DNA of 64,000 nucleotides from Candidatus Eiseniibacteriota bacterium (GTDB lineage Bacteria; Eisenbacteria; RBG-16-71-46): NCBI GenBank assembly GCA_031364505.1, contig JANLWK010000242.1, positions 7,775 to 71,774 of the forward strand, read 5' to 3'. Shown piece by piece: positions 39,102 to 49,065 of this stretch (position 1 is its first letter; each line of letters starts with the position of its first letter). The notes under the pieces were generated by a model. It saw only the letters and a program-made list of their open reading frames with translations, ran no database searches and was not told where the DNA came from. The position numbers and the translations under genes were made by a program.

Positions 39102-40066
39102 GCGCCCCGCATCAGTCCCCCGCGAGTCCGGCGGACATCCTCGTGGTGGGGTCGGTCGCGCTCGACTCGGTGCGCACGCCGTTCGGCGAGGTCGTCGACG
39201 CGCTGGGCGGTTCGGCGTCCTACTTCTCGCTGTCGGCCAGCCACTTCGCGCCCGTGCGGATGGTGGCCGTCGTGGGCGAGGACTTTCCCGATCACGCCCG
39301 CGAGCGCTTCACGTCGCGCGGGGTCGATCTCGGCGGGCTCGAGACGGCGGCGGGGCGGACGTTCCGCTGGCGCGGCGAGTACGCCATGGAACTCGGCCAC
39401 GCGCACACGCTCGAGACCCAGCTCAACGTGTTCTCGACGTTCCACCCGAAGCTCGGCGAGGCGCACCGCCGCACGCCCTACGTGTTCCTCGCCAACATCG
39501 ACCCCGACCTGCAGCTCGAAGTGTTGAGCCAGATGAAGAAGCCGCTGCTGTCGGTGTCGGACACCATGAACTACTGGATCGCGCGGAAACCCGACCGCGT
39601 GCTCGAGGTGTTGCGCGGGGTCGACGTGGCCCTGCTCAACGAGGAGGAGGCCCGGGCGTTGTCGGGCCAGACGCAGCTCGTGCGCGCCGCCGAGCACCTG
39701 CTCGACCAGGGCGCGCGCGCCGTGATCGTCAAGAAGGGCGAGCACGGGGCGCTGTACCAGTCGGCCGAGGAGCGCTTCATCACGCCCGCGTTCCCGGTCC
39801 GCGGGCTCACGGACCCCACGGGCGCGGGCGATTCGTTCGCGGGCGGGTTCATCGGCTGGCTCGCGCGGTCCGGCCGGCGCGACGGAAACGCGCTCCGACA
39901 GGCGCTCGCGCTCGGCGCCACGATGGCCTCCCTGGCGATCGAGGATTTCAGCCCGCGACGGCTCATCGAGACCCAATCCGCCGAAATCGGCGAGCGACTC
40001 GGCATCCTGCACGGCATGATGCACTTCGATCTCGTGGACCCGTTCGAGGAGCGCGTTCCGGGCTGA
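39098..40066 (+). CDS. PfkB-family carbohydrate/nucleoside kinase (ribokinase-like)
   Basis: GTG 39098 overlaps the argS stop (GTGA). VGSVALDSV, C-terminal anion-hole motif DPTGAGDSFAGGF. Confidence 0.8.
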   Translation: MSAPHQSPASPADILVVGSVALDSVRTPFGEVVDALGGSASYFSLSASHFAPVRMVAVVGEDFPDHARERFTSRGVDLGGLETAAGRTFRWRGEYAMELGHAHTLETQLNVFSTFHPKLGEAHRRTPYVFLANIDPDLQLEVLSQMKKPLLSVSDTMNYWIARKPDRVLEVLRGVDVALLNEEEARALSGQTQLVRAAEHLLDQGARAVIVKKGEHGALYQSAEERFITPAFPVRGLTDPTGAGDSFAGGFIGWLARSGRRDGNALRQALALGATMASLAIEDFSPRRLIETQSAEIGERLGILHGMMHFDLVDPFEERVPG

Positions 40067-40134
40067 TTCCCGCGGATTTACTGTGTTAGACTGGTGCGGT
40101 CGAATCACGCCGACGCATCAGGAGGCTCTCCCCC

Positions 40135-40887
40135 GTGGAATCCGCTCGCTCCCCCTGGATGTCTCAGGCTGAAACCGCCTTGCGCGCGCTTCGGGACGTC
40201 GAAAGCGCCGTGATCCAGGGCGAAGGTGACGAGATCCGCGAGGTGCACATCCTCTCGACCTCGACACGCCCGCCGAAGCAGATCGTCCGTGACGTCCAGA
40301 CGCTGCTGCTCGCGCGCTTCCAGCGTGCCATCGACCACCGCGTCGTCTCGGTCGCGTTCACGGCGCCCGAGTCCGTCTCCGCGTCCCGCGCGCCGCGCGC
40401 CGCCGAGCCCGTGACCGGCGGCGGCGCCGCCGCCCCGTCCGCGGGGCGCGCGCCGGCGACCGAGGACCGCGTTCGGTTCGGATCCGCGAACCTGCTCGTC
40501 ACGGGCCCGCGCATCCAGGCCCAGGTCGAGCTGCGATGGAAGGGCCTGCCCCGGATGGGGAGTGCCACCGGCCACGGCACGCGCGAGGGCGGGCACCGGC
40601 TGGTCGCCCAGGCGGTGCTGCACGCGGTTCAGGAATTCCTCGAGGAGGACGTGGCTTTGGCGTTGGAAGGACTGGAGTTCGCCAAGTTGGGCGCCCGTGA
40701 CGTGGCCCTCGTCGGCGTCCAGTTCGTGGCCCATCGCGAGCACAAGAGCCTTGTGGGCTGCTGCACCGTGGAGCAGGATGTGCCGCAGGCGGTGGCGCTC
40801 GCGACTCTGTCCGCCGTCAACCGGATCCTGGGTGGCCTGCCCACCCGCGAACCGACCGAATACGTCTTGAGACCGACATCGATATAG
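40135..40887 (+). CDS. hypothetical protein with two internally similar domains (no family recognised)
   Basis: GTG start 9 nt downstream of AGGAGG. 250 aa, non-Arg-biased composition unlike the antisense ORFs. Flanked by a lower-GC region on both sides. Confidence 0.5.
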   Translation: MESARSPWMSQAETALRALRDVESAVIQGEGDEIREVHILSTSTRPPKQIVRDVQTLLLARFQRAIDHRVVSVAFTAPESVSASRAPRAAEPVTGGGAAAPSAGRAPATEDRVRFGSANLLVTGPRIQAQVELRWKGLPRMGSATGHGTREGGHRLVAQAVLHAVQEFLEEDVALALEGLEFAKLGARDVALVGVQFVAHREHKSLVGCCTVEQDVPQAVALATLSAVNRILGGLPTREPTEYVLRPTSI

Positions 40888-40993
40888 GAGGAAGCGAAGC
40901 GAGAATCCTCTCGGACAAGCGAAGCGGACCCACCGGAACACTAGTGCTGTGTCTCTGGAATCCGAGTTGAAGGAGGTGGGCTTCGTGGACCTC

Positions 40994-41044
40994 ATCCTGG
41001 TTCTCGTGAATTTCTTCGGTAAGGCGGGCTGGTAAGCTTCGGCT
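40994..41044 (+). CDS. candidate small hydrophobic ORF (16 codons: MDLILVLVNFFGKAGW) in the leader of the HD-GYP gene
   Basis: AGGAGG at 40979-40984, GTG 9 nt downstream, TAA at 41042-44. Followed by a GC hairpin CCCCC-11nt-GGGGG (41065-41090). Purely sequence-based; could be non-coding. Confidence 0.2.
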
Positions 41045-41126
41045 TGCATCGATGTGATGGGCCCCCTTTGAAATCTCCGGGGGCGATGTCGGTCTCATCT
41101 TCTTCCACGTCCTGACGCGCAAGGGA

Positions 41127-42473
41127 ATGCCCGGACGAATCCACCCAGCGGCACCCGGCTTGAGCATCCGCTCGCCGCGTGCCTTCGCCGTCTTCTACGC
41201 CGTCGTCGTCGTCGTCGCGGCGCTGCTGTTCTGGCGCGCGCTGCCCGCGGTCGCCGCGCCCCCGCTGTTCACGCTGCTCGTGGTGTGGGCGCTGATGCTC
41301 GCGAGCGAGGCGAATCCGATCGCGCTGCCGAGCGGCGGCTACGCCACGGCGAGCGCGGTGTTCGACCTGCCCAGCCTAGTCATCCTCGGACCGTTCTGGA
41401 CGGCGATGCTGGACGTCGCGAGCACGCTGCTGATCCAGGGCGCGCTGCTGCGGAAGCCCCCCGTGAAGGTGGTGTTCAACCTCGCCTGCTTCGCGATCAC
41501 GGACTTCGCCGCCGGCTACGCCTTCTCCGCCGCCGGCGGCAGGCTCGGACACGCCACGCTCGAGCACGACGGCCTGGCCCTGCTCGCCTGCGGCGGCGTC
41601 TACTTCCTCGCGAACTCGGCGCTGGTCTCCACCGTCATCGGGCTCACCGCGGGGCCGAACCCGTGGCGGATCTGGCAGCGCAACTTCCAGTCCGCGCTGC
41701 TCCATCACCTGTCGTTCATCGCGCTCGGCTCGCTCGTCGCCGTGACGTACTTCGGCGCCGGCCCGTGGGGCCTGGTGCTGTTCGCGATCCCGTTCCTCGT
41801 CGCGCGCCAGGCGTTCCGCGGCACCCTGGAGATCCGCGCCGACCTCAAGGACTTCGTGCGCGCGCTGACCGAGGTGCTCGACGAGATCGATCCCTACACG
41901 CGCCATCATTCGATGCGCGTCGCCGAGTACAGCGTGCGCCTCGCGCGAGCGCTCAAGCTGCCCGAGGCCGACGTCGAGGAGATCGAGTACGCGGCGCTGG
42001 TGCACGACCTGGGCAAGATCGGGCCGCAGCACCAGCGCATCGTCCAGACGCCGGGAGGGCTGTCGCCCGAGGACCAGCGCGTCATGCGGCAGCACCCGGC
42101 GTCGGGTGCGGCGATCGTGTCGCGCGTGCGTGCGCTGTCGCGCGCGGCCGGGTACGTGCGCAGCCACCACGAGCAGCCCGACGGGCGCGGTTACCCCGAT
42201 GGCCTGCTCGGCGCGGACGTGCCGATCGGCGCGCACATCCTCAAGGTCTCGGACGCGTTCGACGCCATGACCTCGGACCGGCCGTACCGCCGGGCGCTGT
42301 CGCCGGCGACCGCGCTGTCGGAGATCCGTCGCGGGGCGGGCACCCAGTTCGACGGGCGCGTCGTCGAGTGCCTGCTGGGGCTCGATTGCTCGGGCAAATT
42401 CCCGCTGCTGCCGAGCCCGAGCCGCGAAGATCTCGAATTGCTCCGCGTCCGCCCGGCCCGCGCGCGGGCCTGA
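41127..42473 (+). CDS. polytopic membrane protein with C-terminal HD-GYP domain (c-di-GMP phosphodiesterase family)
   Basis: About 7 predicted TM helices in the first 230 aa. HD-GYP signature HHSMRVAEYS ... HDLGKIG ... HHEQPDGRGYPDGL. Confidence 0.85.
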   Translation: MPGRIHPAAPGLSIRSPRAFAVFYAVVVVVAALLFWRALPAVAAPPLFTLLVVWALMLASEANPIALPSGGYATASAVFDLPSLVILGPFWTAMLDVASTLLIQGALLRKPPVKVVFNLACFAITDFAAGYAFSAAGGRLGHATLEHDGLALLACGGVYFLANSALVSTVIGLTAGPNPWRIWQRNFQSALLHHLSFIALGSLVAVTYFGAGPWGLVLFAIPFLVARQAFRGTLEIRADLKDFVRALTEVLDEIDPYTRHHSMRVAEYSVRLARALKLPEADVEEIEYAALVHDLGKIGPQHQRIVQTPGGLSPEDQRVMRQHPASGAAIVSRVRALSRAAGYVRSHHEQPDGRGYPDGLLGADVPIGAHILKVSDAFDAMTSDRPYRRALSPATALSEIRRGAGTQFDGRVVECLLGLDCSGKFPLLPSPSREDLELLRVRPARARA

Positions 42474-43498
42474 TGCGCTACCGCGACGCTGGCGTGGACG
42501 TCCGGCGCTCGGACGCGTTGAAGCGCGACCTCGTCGCCGACGTGACCTCGACGTGGACGCCCGCCGTTCGCCGCATCGTCGGCGGTTTCGCCGGCGTCAT
42601 GGAGTGGCCCGGTGGCGGCGGCCGGCTGGTCGCGGCGACGATGGACGGCGTCGGCACGAAGCTCCACCTGGCGCATGCCGCCGGCCGCCTCGCAGGGGCG
42701 GCGGCCGACCTCGTCTATCACGGCGCCGACGACCTGCTCGTCCACGGCGCCCGGCCCCTCGCGTTCCTGGACTACGTCGCCCAGGCGCGGCTGAACGCCG
42801 CGGTGGTCGCGGAGGTCGTGCGGGGCCTGAGCCGCGCGTGCCGCGAAACAGGTGCGGTCCTGCTCGGCGGCGAGACGGCCGAGATGCCGGACACCTACCT
42901 GCCGGGGGTGGTCGACGTCGCCGGCTGCATGATCGGCGTCGCGGACGAGGGTGCCCTGCTCGACGGCTCGCGGATCGTTCCCGGCGACACGCTGGTCGGG
43001 CTCGCCTCGGACGGACTCCACACGAATGGATTCTCGCTGGCCCGCCGCGTGCTGGAACATTCGGGGCTCGCCCTCGACGCGCCGCTGCCGGGAGGCGGGG
43101 GCGAGTCGGTGGCCGATGCCTTGCTGGCGCCGCACCGGTGGTACGGCCCCGCGCTCGAATCGGAGCTCGGTTCGGAGATCGGGGGCCGGCGCGTCCACGG
43201 GCTCGCGCATGTCACCGGCGGTGGCATCGCCGGCAACCTGGTGCGCGTGCTGCCGGACGGCTGCCGCGCGCGGGTCACGCCGCCCGATCCGGTTCCCGCG
43301 GTGTTCCGGTGGCTGTGCGAGGCAGGCGCGGTGCCCCTGGACGAGGCGCGGGACACGTTCAACCTGGGAGTCGGCATGATCGTCGCCTGCGCGCGCGAGT
43401 CGGCCGACGCCCTGCGGGCGGACGTCGCCGCGCGCGGCGTGTCCGCGTTCACGCTGGGCGACGTCGTCGCCGGCGAGCGCGGAGTGGAGTGGGTGTGA
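42473..43498 (+). CDS. purM: phosphoribosylformylglycinamidine cyclo-ligase
   Basis: MRYRDAGVDV..., DGVGTKL, GGETAEMP, HVTGGG motifs. ATG overlaps the HD-GYP stop (TGATG). Confidence 0.92.
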   Translation: MRYRDAGVDVRRSDALKRDLVADVTSTWTPAVRRIVGGFAGVMEWPGGGGRLVAATMDGVGTKLHLAHAAGRLAGAAADLVYHGADDLLVHGARPLAFLDYVAQARLNAAVVAEVVRGLSRACRETGAVLLGGETAEMPDTYLPGVVDVAGCMIGVADEGALLDGSRIVPGDTLVGLASDGLHTNGFSLARRVLEHSGLALDAPLPGGGGESVADALLAPHRWYGPALESELGSEIGGRRVHGLAHVTGGGIAGNLVRVLPDGCRARVTPPDPVPAVFRWLCEAGAVPLDEARDTFNLGVGMIVACARESADALRADVAARGVSAFTLGDVVAGERGVEWV

Positions 43499-43534
43499 GT
43501 CGAATGGTCATGAGGAGCGGGGCCCCCGGACGTC

Positions 43535-44563
<1,029 letters not shown>

Positions 44564-44707
44564 ATTGCGCGTCCTTGGCCGAGCGTGAAGGCCGCGCGAT
44601 CCGCGCTCCTTCGGTCTCACGCAGCGCTCGGCCGGAATCCGGCGGCGGTCCCGCGCGTGGGCCGCCGCCGCTCGCGAGCGGATCGACGCGGAGCCAGGAG
44701 GTACCAC

Positions 44708-45721
44708 GTGGCGCGGAAGGTGCTGGGGGTCGGGATCGTCGGCATCGGCGCCGTGGCGCAGGTCAGCCACATTCCCGCCCTGAAGAAGCTCGAGGCCGTC
44801 CAGATCGTGGCACTCGTCGACCGTGACCGCGAGAAGGCGTCCCGCGCCGCCCAGAAGTTCGGCGTGCCGCACGCGTACGGTCGCATCGAGGAGATGCTCG
44901 ACCGCGACGACATCGATGTCGTCGACCTCTGCACGCCGAACTTCCTCCACGCGCCGATGGCGATCGCGGCACTCGAGTCGGGCAAGCACGTCATCTGCGA
45001 GCGGCCGCTCGCGCGGAGCGCCGAGGAGGCCGCCGCGATGGCGAAGGCCGCGAAGAAGGCCGACCGCCAGTTACTGTGCGCCGTGCAGCACCGCTTCGCG
45101 CCCGACGCCCAGTTGCTGCGGACGTTCGTCGCCAAGGGCGACATCGGCGAGATCTTCCACGCCAAGGCCGGCTGGCTCAGGCGCCGCACCGAGTGGGACT
45201 CGGACGAGTGGCGCCAGCAGAACCGCGCCTCGGGTGGCGGCGTCGTGCTCGACCTCGGCTTCCAGATGGTCGACCAGGCGCTGTGGACGCTCGGCAACCC
45301 GACGGTCGTGTCGGTGGCGGCGAGTGTCCATCGCAGCCGGAAGGGCGAGGTCGAGGACAGCGCCACCGCGTTCTTCCGGCTCGAGTCCGGTGCGGCGCTC
45401 ACGCTCGAGGTCACGTGGGGGCTGCTGATGGAGAAGGACTTCGCCTACCTCAACCTGTTCGGGTCGGGGGGTGCGGCGCTGCTGAATCCGTTTCGCCTGC
45501 ACAAGGGCATGCACGGCTCGCTCGTGAACGTGACGCCCGAGCCGGTGAGCCAGCGCAATCCGTACCGGGGAATGGTGGAGGCCCAGATGGCGCACTTCGC
45601 CGAGTGCCTGCGGAAGGGCACGCGCGCGATGGGCACGCCCGACGAGATCGTGCCGGTGATGGAGGTCCTCGACGCCATCTACCGATCCGCCGAGATCGGA
45701 AAGGAAGTCCGACTCGCCTGA
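44708..45721 (+). CDS. Gfo/Idh/MocA-family NAD(P)-dependent oxidoreductase
   Basis: GTG 44708 with AGGAGG 6 nt upstream. Rossmann GIVGIGAVAQ, EKP-like CERPLA motif. 337 aa. The ORF track starts further upstream at 44585. Confidence 0.8.
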   Translation: MARKVLGVGIVGIGAVAQVSHIPALKKLEAVQIVALVDRDREKASRAAQKFGVPHAYGRIEEMLDRDDIDVVDLCTPNFLHAPMAIAALESGKHVICERPLARSAEEAAAMAKAAKKADRQLLCAVQHRFAPDAQLLRTFVAKGDIGEIFHAKAGWLRRRTEWDSDEWRQQNRASGGGVVLDLGFQMVDQALWTLGNPTVVSVAASVHRSRKGEVEDSATAFFRLESGAALTLEVTWGLLMEKDFAYLNLFGSGGAALLNPFRLHKGMHGSLVNVTPEPVSQRNPYRGMVEAQMAHFAECLRKGTRAMGTPDEIVPVMEVLDAIYRSAEIGKEVRLA

Positions 45722-45815
45722 CCGCGCCCGGCACGCGCGCGCGCTGATCTCGGGTGCGCTGCTCGGGCTGGCGTTCCTGCCCGCGCCGCTCGGTTTCCTC
45801 GCCTGGTTCGCGCTC

Positions 45816-47252
45816 GTGCCATGGCTGTCCGAGCTGGACGGGCGCATCGCGGCGGGTGCCACGCTGCGCTCCGTGTTCGCATCGGGTTACGTCTTCGGCC
45901 TCGCGTTCTACCTGATTGGCATCCACTGGATGCTGAGCATGTCGAGCGTCGCGATCACGGTGCCGTGGCTCAAGTATCCCGCCTGGGCGATGTCCGGCGC
46001 CTATCTCGCGCTGTATCCCGGGGTCATCGCCGTGGGCGTCGCACTCGCCGTGCGTCGCGCCCGCGTCCCGTTCGCGTTCGCGTTCCCCGTCGTCTCGATC
46101 GTGGTCGAGGAATGGCGCGCCTCGGGCGAGCTGGGCTTCCCGTGGTTCCAGCCCGGTTACACGCAGCACGCCTACGCGCCCGTGCTGCAGCTCGCCTCGC
46201 TCGGCAGCGTCTCGCTCGTCACGCTGTGGCTGCTCGCCGTCAACGTTCTCATGTGGCGCGCATGGCGCCGGCGCGATCTCCGGTCGGCGGCGTTCGCCGC
46301 CGTGCTGCTCGCCTTCCCGTGGGCGTGGGGGAGTGCCGCGCTCCGGGCCGCACCGCGCGCGGCCGCCGGCCCCGCGGTCGGGCTGATCCAGGGCAATGTC
46401 TCGGGTGCCTACAAGTGGGCGGGGCATCACGAGCGCGAGATCCTCCGCACGTTCCTCGACCTGTCCGAGCGGGCGGCCGCCGACTCCATGGCGCCGGGCC
46501 TCGTGGTGTGGCCCGAGACGGCGACCGGGGGCTACCTGCGCAAGCAGCTGGCCCAGCTGCTCGACATCGTCGACTTCTCGGCGCGCCGTCACGTCACCGT
46601 GTTCAGCGGGTTTCCCGACTACGAGCTGGGACCCGATGGCGCGCCGCGCTACTTCAACGCGGCCGGCTCGCTGCCGCCGAGCCCTAAGGACCCCGCGATC
46701 TACGCCAAGCGCCACCTCGTTCCGTTCGGCGAGCGCATGCCGTTCGAGTGGCTGATCCCGGCGCTCGCGAAGGTCGAGCTCGGGCAGGCCGAGTGGACGC
46801 CGGGCCGCGAGAGCGCCCTGTTCTCGGGCGGCACCGGCCGCTTCGGGTGCCTGATCTGCTTCGAGGCGATCTTCCCGGAACTCGCGCGCGAAGACGTTCG
46901 CGCCGGTGCCACCTGGCTCGTGAACCTCACGAACGACGAGTGGTTCGGGCCGAGTGCGGCGCTCTACCAGCACGCGGCGATGGCGGTGTTCCGCTCGGCC
47001 GAGAACCACGTGCCGCTCGTGCGCGTCGCGAACACGGGACTGACGCTCGTCACCGACGCCTCGGGGCGCGTGATCGCGAAGGCGCCGGTGTGGAAGCCCG
47101 AGGTGCTGGTCGCGCGGCTGGCGCCACCCGGTCCCCGCACGCTGTTCACCCGCGTCGGCGACTGGCCGGGCATCGGTTGCGTCGTCCTCGCCGCGCTGAT
47201 GGCGGCACTGGGGTTCGGGCGCGCGTTGACGTCGCGTCGGCGCGGCTCCTAA
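45816..47252 (+). CDS. lnt: apolipoprotein N-acyltransferase
   Basis: Multi-TM N-domain and C-terminal CN-hydrolase domain (ClICFEAIFPE catalytic Cys region, WPET, NDEWFG). First canonical start GTG 45816, but an Lnt-type first TM helix (LISGALLGLAFLPAPLGFLAWFALVP) is encoded in frame upstream from 45744 with no ATG/GTG/TTG. Confidence 0.8.
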   Translation: MPWLSELDGRIAAGATLRSVFASGYVFGLAFYLIGIHWMLSMSSVAITVPWLKYPAWAMSGAYLALYPGVIAVGVALAVRRARVPFAFAFPVVSIVVEEWRASGELGFPWFQPGYTQHAYAPVLQLASLGSVSLVTLWLLAVNVLMWRAWRRRDLRSAAFAAVLLAFPWAWGSAALRAAPRAAAGPAVGLIQGNVSGAYKWAGHHEREILRTFLDLSERAAADSMAPGLVVWPETATGGYLRKQLAQLLDIVDFSARRHVTVFSGFPDYELGPDGAPRYFNAAGSLPPSPKDPAIYAKRHLVPFGERMPFEWLIPALAKVELGQAEWTPGRESALFSGGTGRFGCLICFEAIFPELAREDVRAGATWLVNLTNDEWFGPSAALYQHAAMAVFRSAENHVPLVRVANTGLTLVTDASGRVIAKAPVWKPEVLVARLAPPGPRTLFTRVGDWPGIGCVVLAALMAALGFGRALTSRRRGS

Positions 47253-47323
47253 CATGCGGGTTCGTCGCCCGCCGTCGTGAATGCCGCGCGGCACGCCTCC
47301 GACGGATCCTTGGGACCCTGCCC

Positions 47324-48346
47324 GTGACCCACGCTCGCGTCGCCATTCTCGGCGCCACCGGCCTCGTCGGCCGCACCATGCTCGCGCTGCTCGAGGAGCG
47401 CGGGTTCGGCGGGGACGATCCCGTGCTGCTCGCGAGCGAGCGGTCGGAGTCGCGCGTCATGACGTTCCGCGGCCGCCCCGTGCCGGTGCGCGCCGTGAGC
47501 GCGGATGGATTCGACGGCATCGACCTCGCGCTGTTCGGCAGCGCGAACGCCGTGAGCCAGCAATGGGCTCCGGTCGCGCAGGAGGCGGGGGCGGCGGTCG
47601 TCGACAACAGCAGCGCGTTCCGCTACGTCGATGCCGTTCCGCTGGTGGTGCCCGAGGTGAACGGCAGCCTGCTCGATGCGCGCCCGTCGCTCGTCGCGAA
47701 CCCGAATTGTTCGACCATCGCCATCGCGCTGGCCCTGGCGCCGCTCGCGCGCGCCGCGGAACCTCAGCGCGTGGTCGTCTCGACCTACCAGTCCGTGTCG
47801 GGCGCGGGCGCGCAGGCGCTCGAGGAGCTGGAACAGGGGATCCGCCAGGGTCTCGAAGGCGATCCGCCGCAGCGTCCCGACGGCGGAGCCCCGTTCGCGT
47901 TCAACGTCGTGCCCCAGATCGACCGCTTCGAATCGAACGGCTATTCGCGCGAGGAGATGAAGGTCGTGTGGGAGACACGCAAGATCCTCGGCCTGCCGGA
48001 CCTGCCCGTGACCGCCACGGCGGCGCGCGTGCCGGTGCGCATCGGGCACGCGGCGGCCATCAACGTCGTGTTCGACCGCGCGGTGAGTCCGGACGAGGCG
48101 CGCGGCCTGTGGAGCGCATTCCCGGGCCTGCGTGTGGTCGACGATCCCGCCGCCGGCGTATTCCCCACGCCGCTCGCCTCCGCGGGCATCGACGACGTGC
48201 TGGTCGGCCGCGCGCGCGCCGACGTATCGCACCCCCGCGGGCTCGACTTCTTCGTGGCGTCCGACAACCTGCGAAAAGGGGCGGCGCTCAACGCGGTGCA
48301 GATCGCCGAACATCTCGCCCGGGCGGGGGGCCTGGGCCGTCGATGA
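47324..48346 (+). CDS. asd: aspartate-semialdehyde dehydrogenase
   Basis: VAILGATGLVGR NAD-binding motif, catalytic NCSTI, 340 aa. GTG 47324; the track ORF extends upstream to 46748. Confidence 0.9.
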   Translation: MTHARVAILGATGLVGRTMLALLEERGFGGDDPVLLASERSESRVMTFRGRPVPVRAVSADGFDGIDLALFGSANAVSQQWAPVAQEAGAAVVDNSSAFRYVDAVPLVVPEVNGSLLDARPSLVANPNCSTIAIALALAPLARAAEPQRVVVSTYQSVSGAGAQALEELEQGIRQGLEGDPPQRPDGGAPFAFNVVPQIDRFESNGYSREEMKVVWETRKILGLPDLPVTATAARVPVRIGHAAAINVVFDRAVSPDEARGLWSAFPGLRVVDDPAAGVFPTPLASAGIDDVLVGRARADVSHPRGLDFFVASDNLRKGAALNAVQIAEHLARAGGLGRR

Positions 48347-49065
48347 CGGCGCCCCGGACCCTCGGCGGCGACGTCACGGGTCCGATCCTGCTGGGGTGCC
48401 TCGTCGGTTCGCTCGCGGGCGCCCACGCTCCGTTCGTCGCCGGTTGCGCCGCGGGTGCCGTGTTCGCGGCCTGGGGCTCGGGCGCCGGGGCTCCGTCGCG
48501 GGCATGGAGCGTCCGGCTCGCCGTGGCGTGCGCGATCGCGATCGCGCTGAACGCATGGCTCACCGTCGGCCAGCGCCTGCCGGGGCCGCTGCCCGTGACG
48601 CGCGAGGGGATCGCGGCCGGGCTGCTGCTCGCGGTGCGCCTGACGGGTGCCACGGTCGCGATCCACGGTCTCGCGGCGGCGTGGCCCGGTGAGCGCGCCG
48701 CGGACGAGCTGGCCTGGCGCGCGCGCCCGCTCCGCTGGATCGGGGTTCCGCTCGAGGCGTGCCGCGCGGTGATCGGGCTGGGCCTGCGCTTCGCGCCGAT
48801 CGTGGCGCGCGAGGCCGGCCGCATCGCGAGGCTCCAGGACGCGCGCGCGGGCGGGCCGCCGCGCTCGCGCGCCGAGTGGCTGTCGCGCCGCAAGGCGGTG
48901 GCGGTGCCGTTCATGGTGTGCACGCTCGAGCGCGCCGAGCGGGTGGCGCTGGCGATGGAAGCGCGGCACTATCGCGTGCGCCCGATTCCGCGGCCGCCTC
49001 GCCGGCCCGCGGCCGAGCTCGCTGGCTGGACGCTGGTCGCCGTCGCGCTGCTGTGGCGGTTCTGA
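48343..49065 (+). CDS. CbiQ/EcfT-like transmembrane component of an energy-coupling-factor transporter
   Basis: ATG overlaps the asd stop (ATGA). 240 aa, 4-5 TM helices, Ala/Gly-rich with CbiQ-like central loop. Assignment by general resemblance only. Confidence 0.55.
   Translation: MTAPRTLGGDVTGPILLGCLVGSLAGAHAPFVAGCAAGAVFAAWGSGAGAPSRAWSVRLAVACAIAIALNAWLTVGQRLPGPLPVTREGIAAGLLLAVRLTGATVAIHGLAAAWPGERAADELAWRARPLRWIGVPLEACRAVIGLGLRFAPIVAREAGRIARLQDARAGGPPRSRAEWLSRRKAVAVPFMVCTLERAERVALAMEARHYRVRPIPRPPRRPAAELAGWTLVAVALLWRF

Noticed and set aside
40098-40108. tRNA-like T-loop GGTCGAATCAC in the 68-nt gap after the PfkB kinase gene
   Set aside because: The gap is too short for a tRNA and no acceptor/anticodon stems can be formed. 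More likely part of a promoter (TGTTAGACT extended -10-like) for the downstream hypothetical gene.
40888-40985. c-di-GMP riboswitch (GEMM) upstream of the HD-GYP gene
   Set aside because: Contextually attractive, but I could not align the region convincingly to the GEMM-I/II consensus by eye. Left as a structured-leader finding rather than an ncRNA feature.
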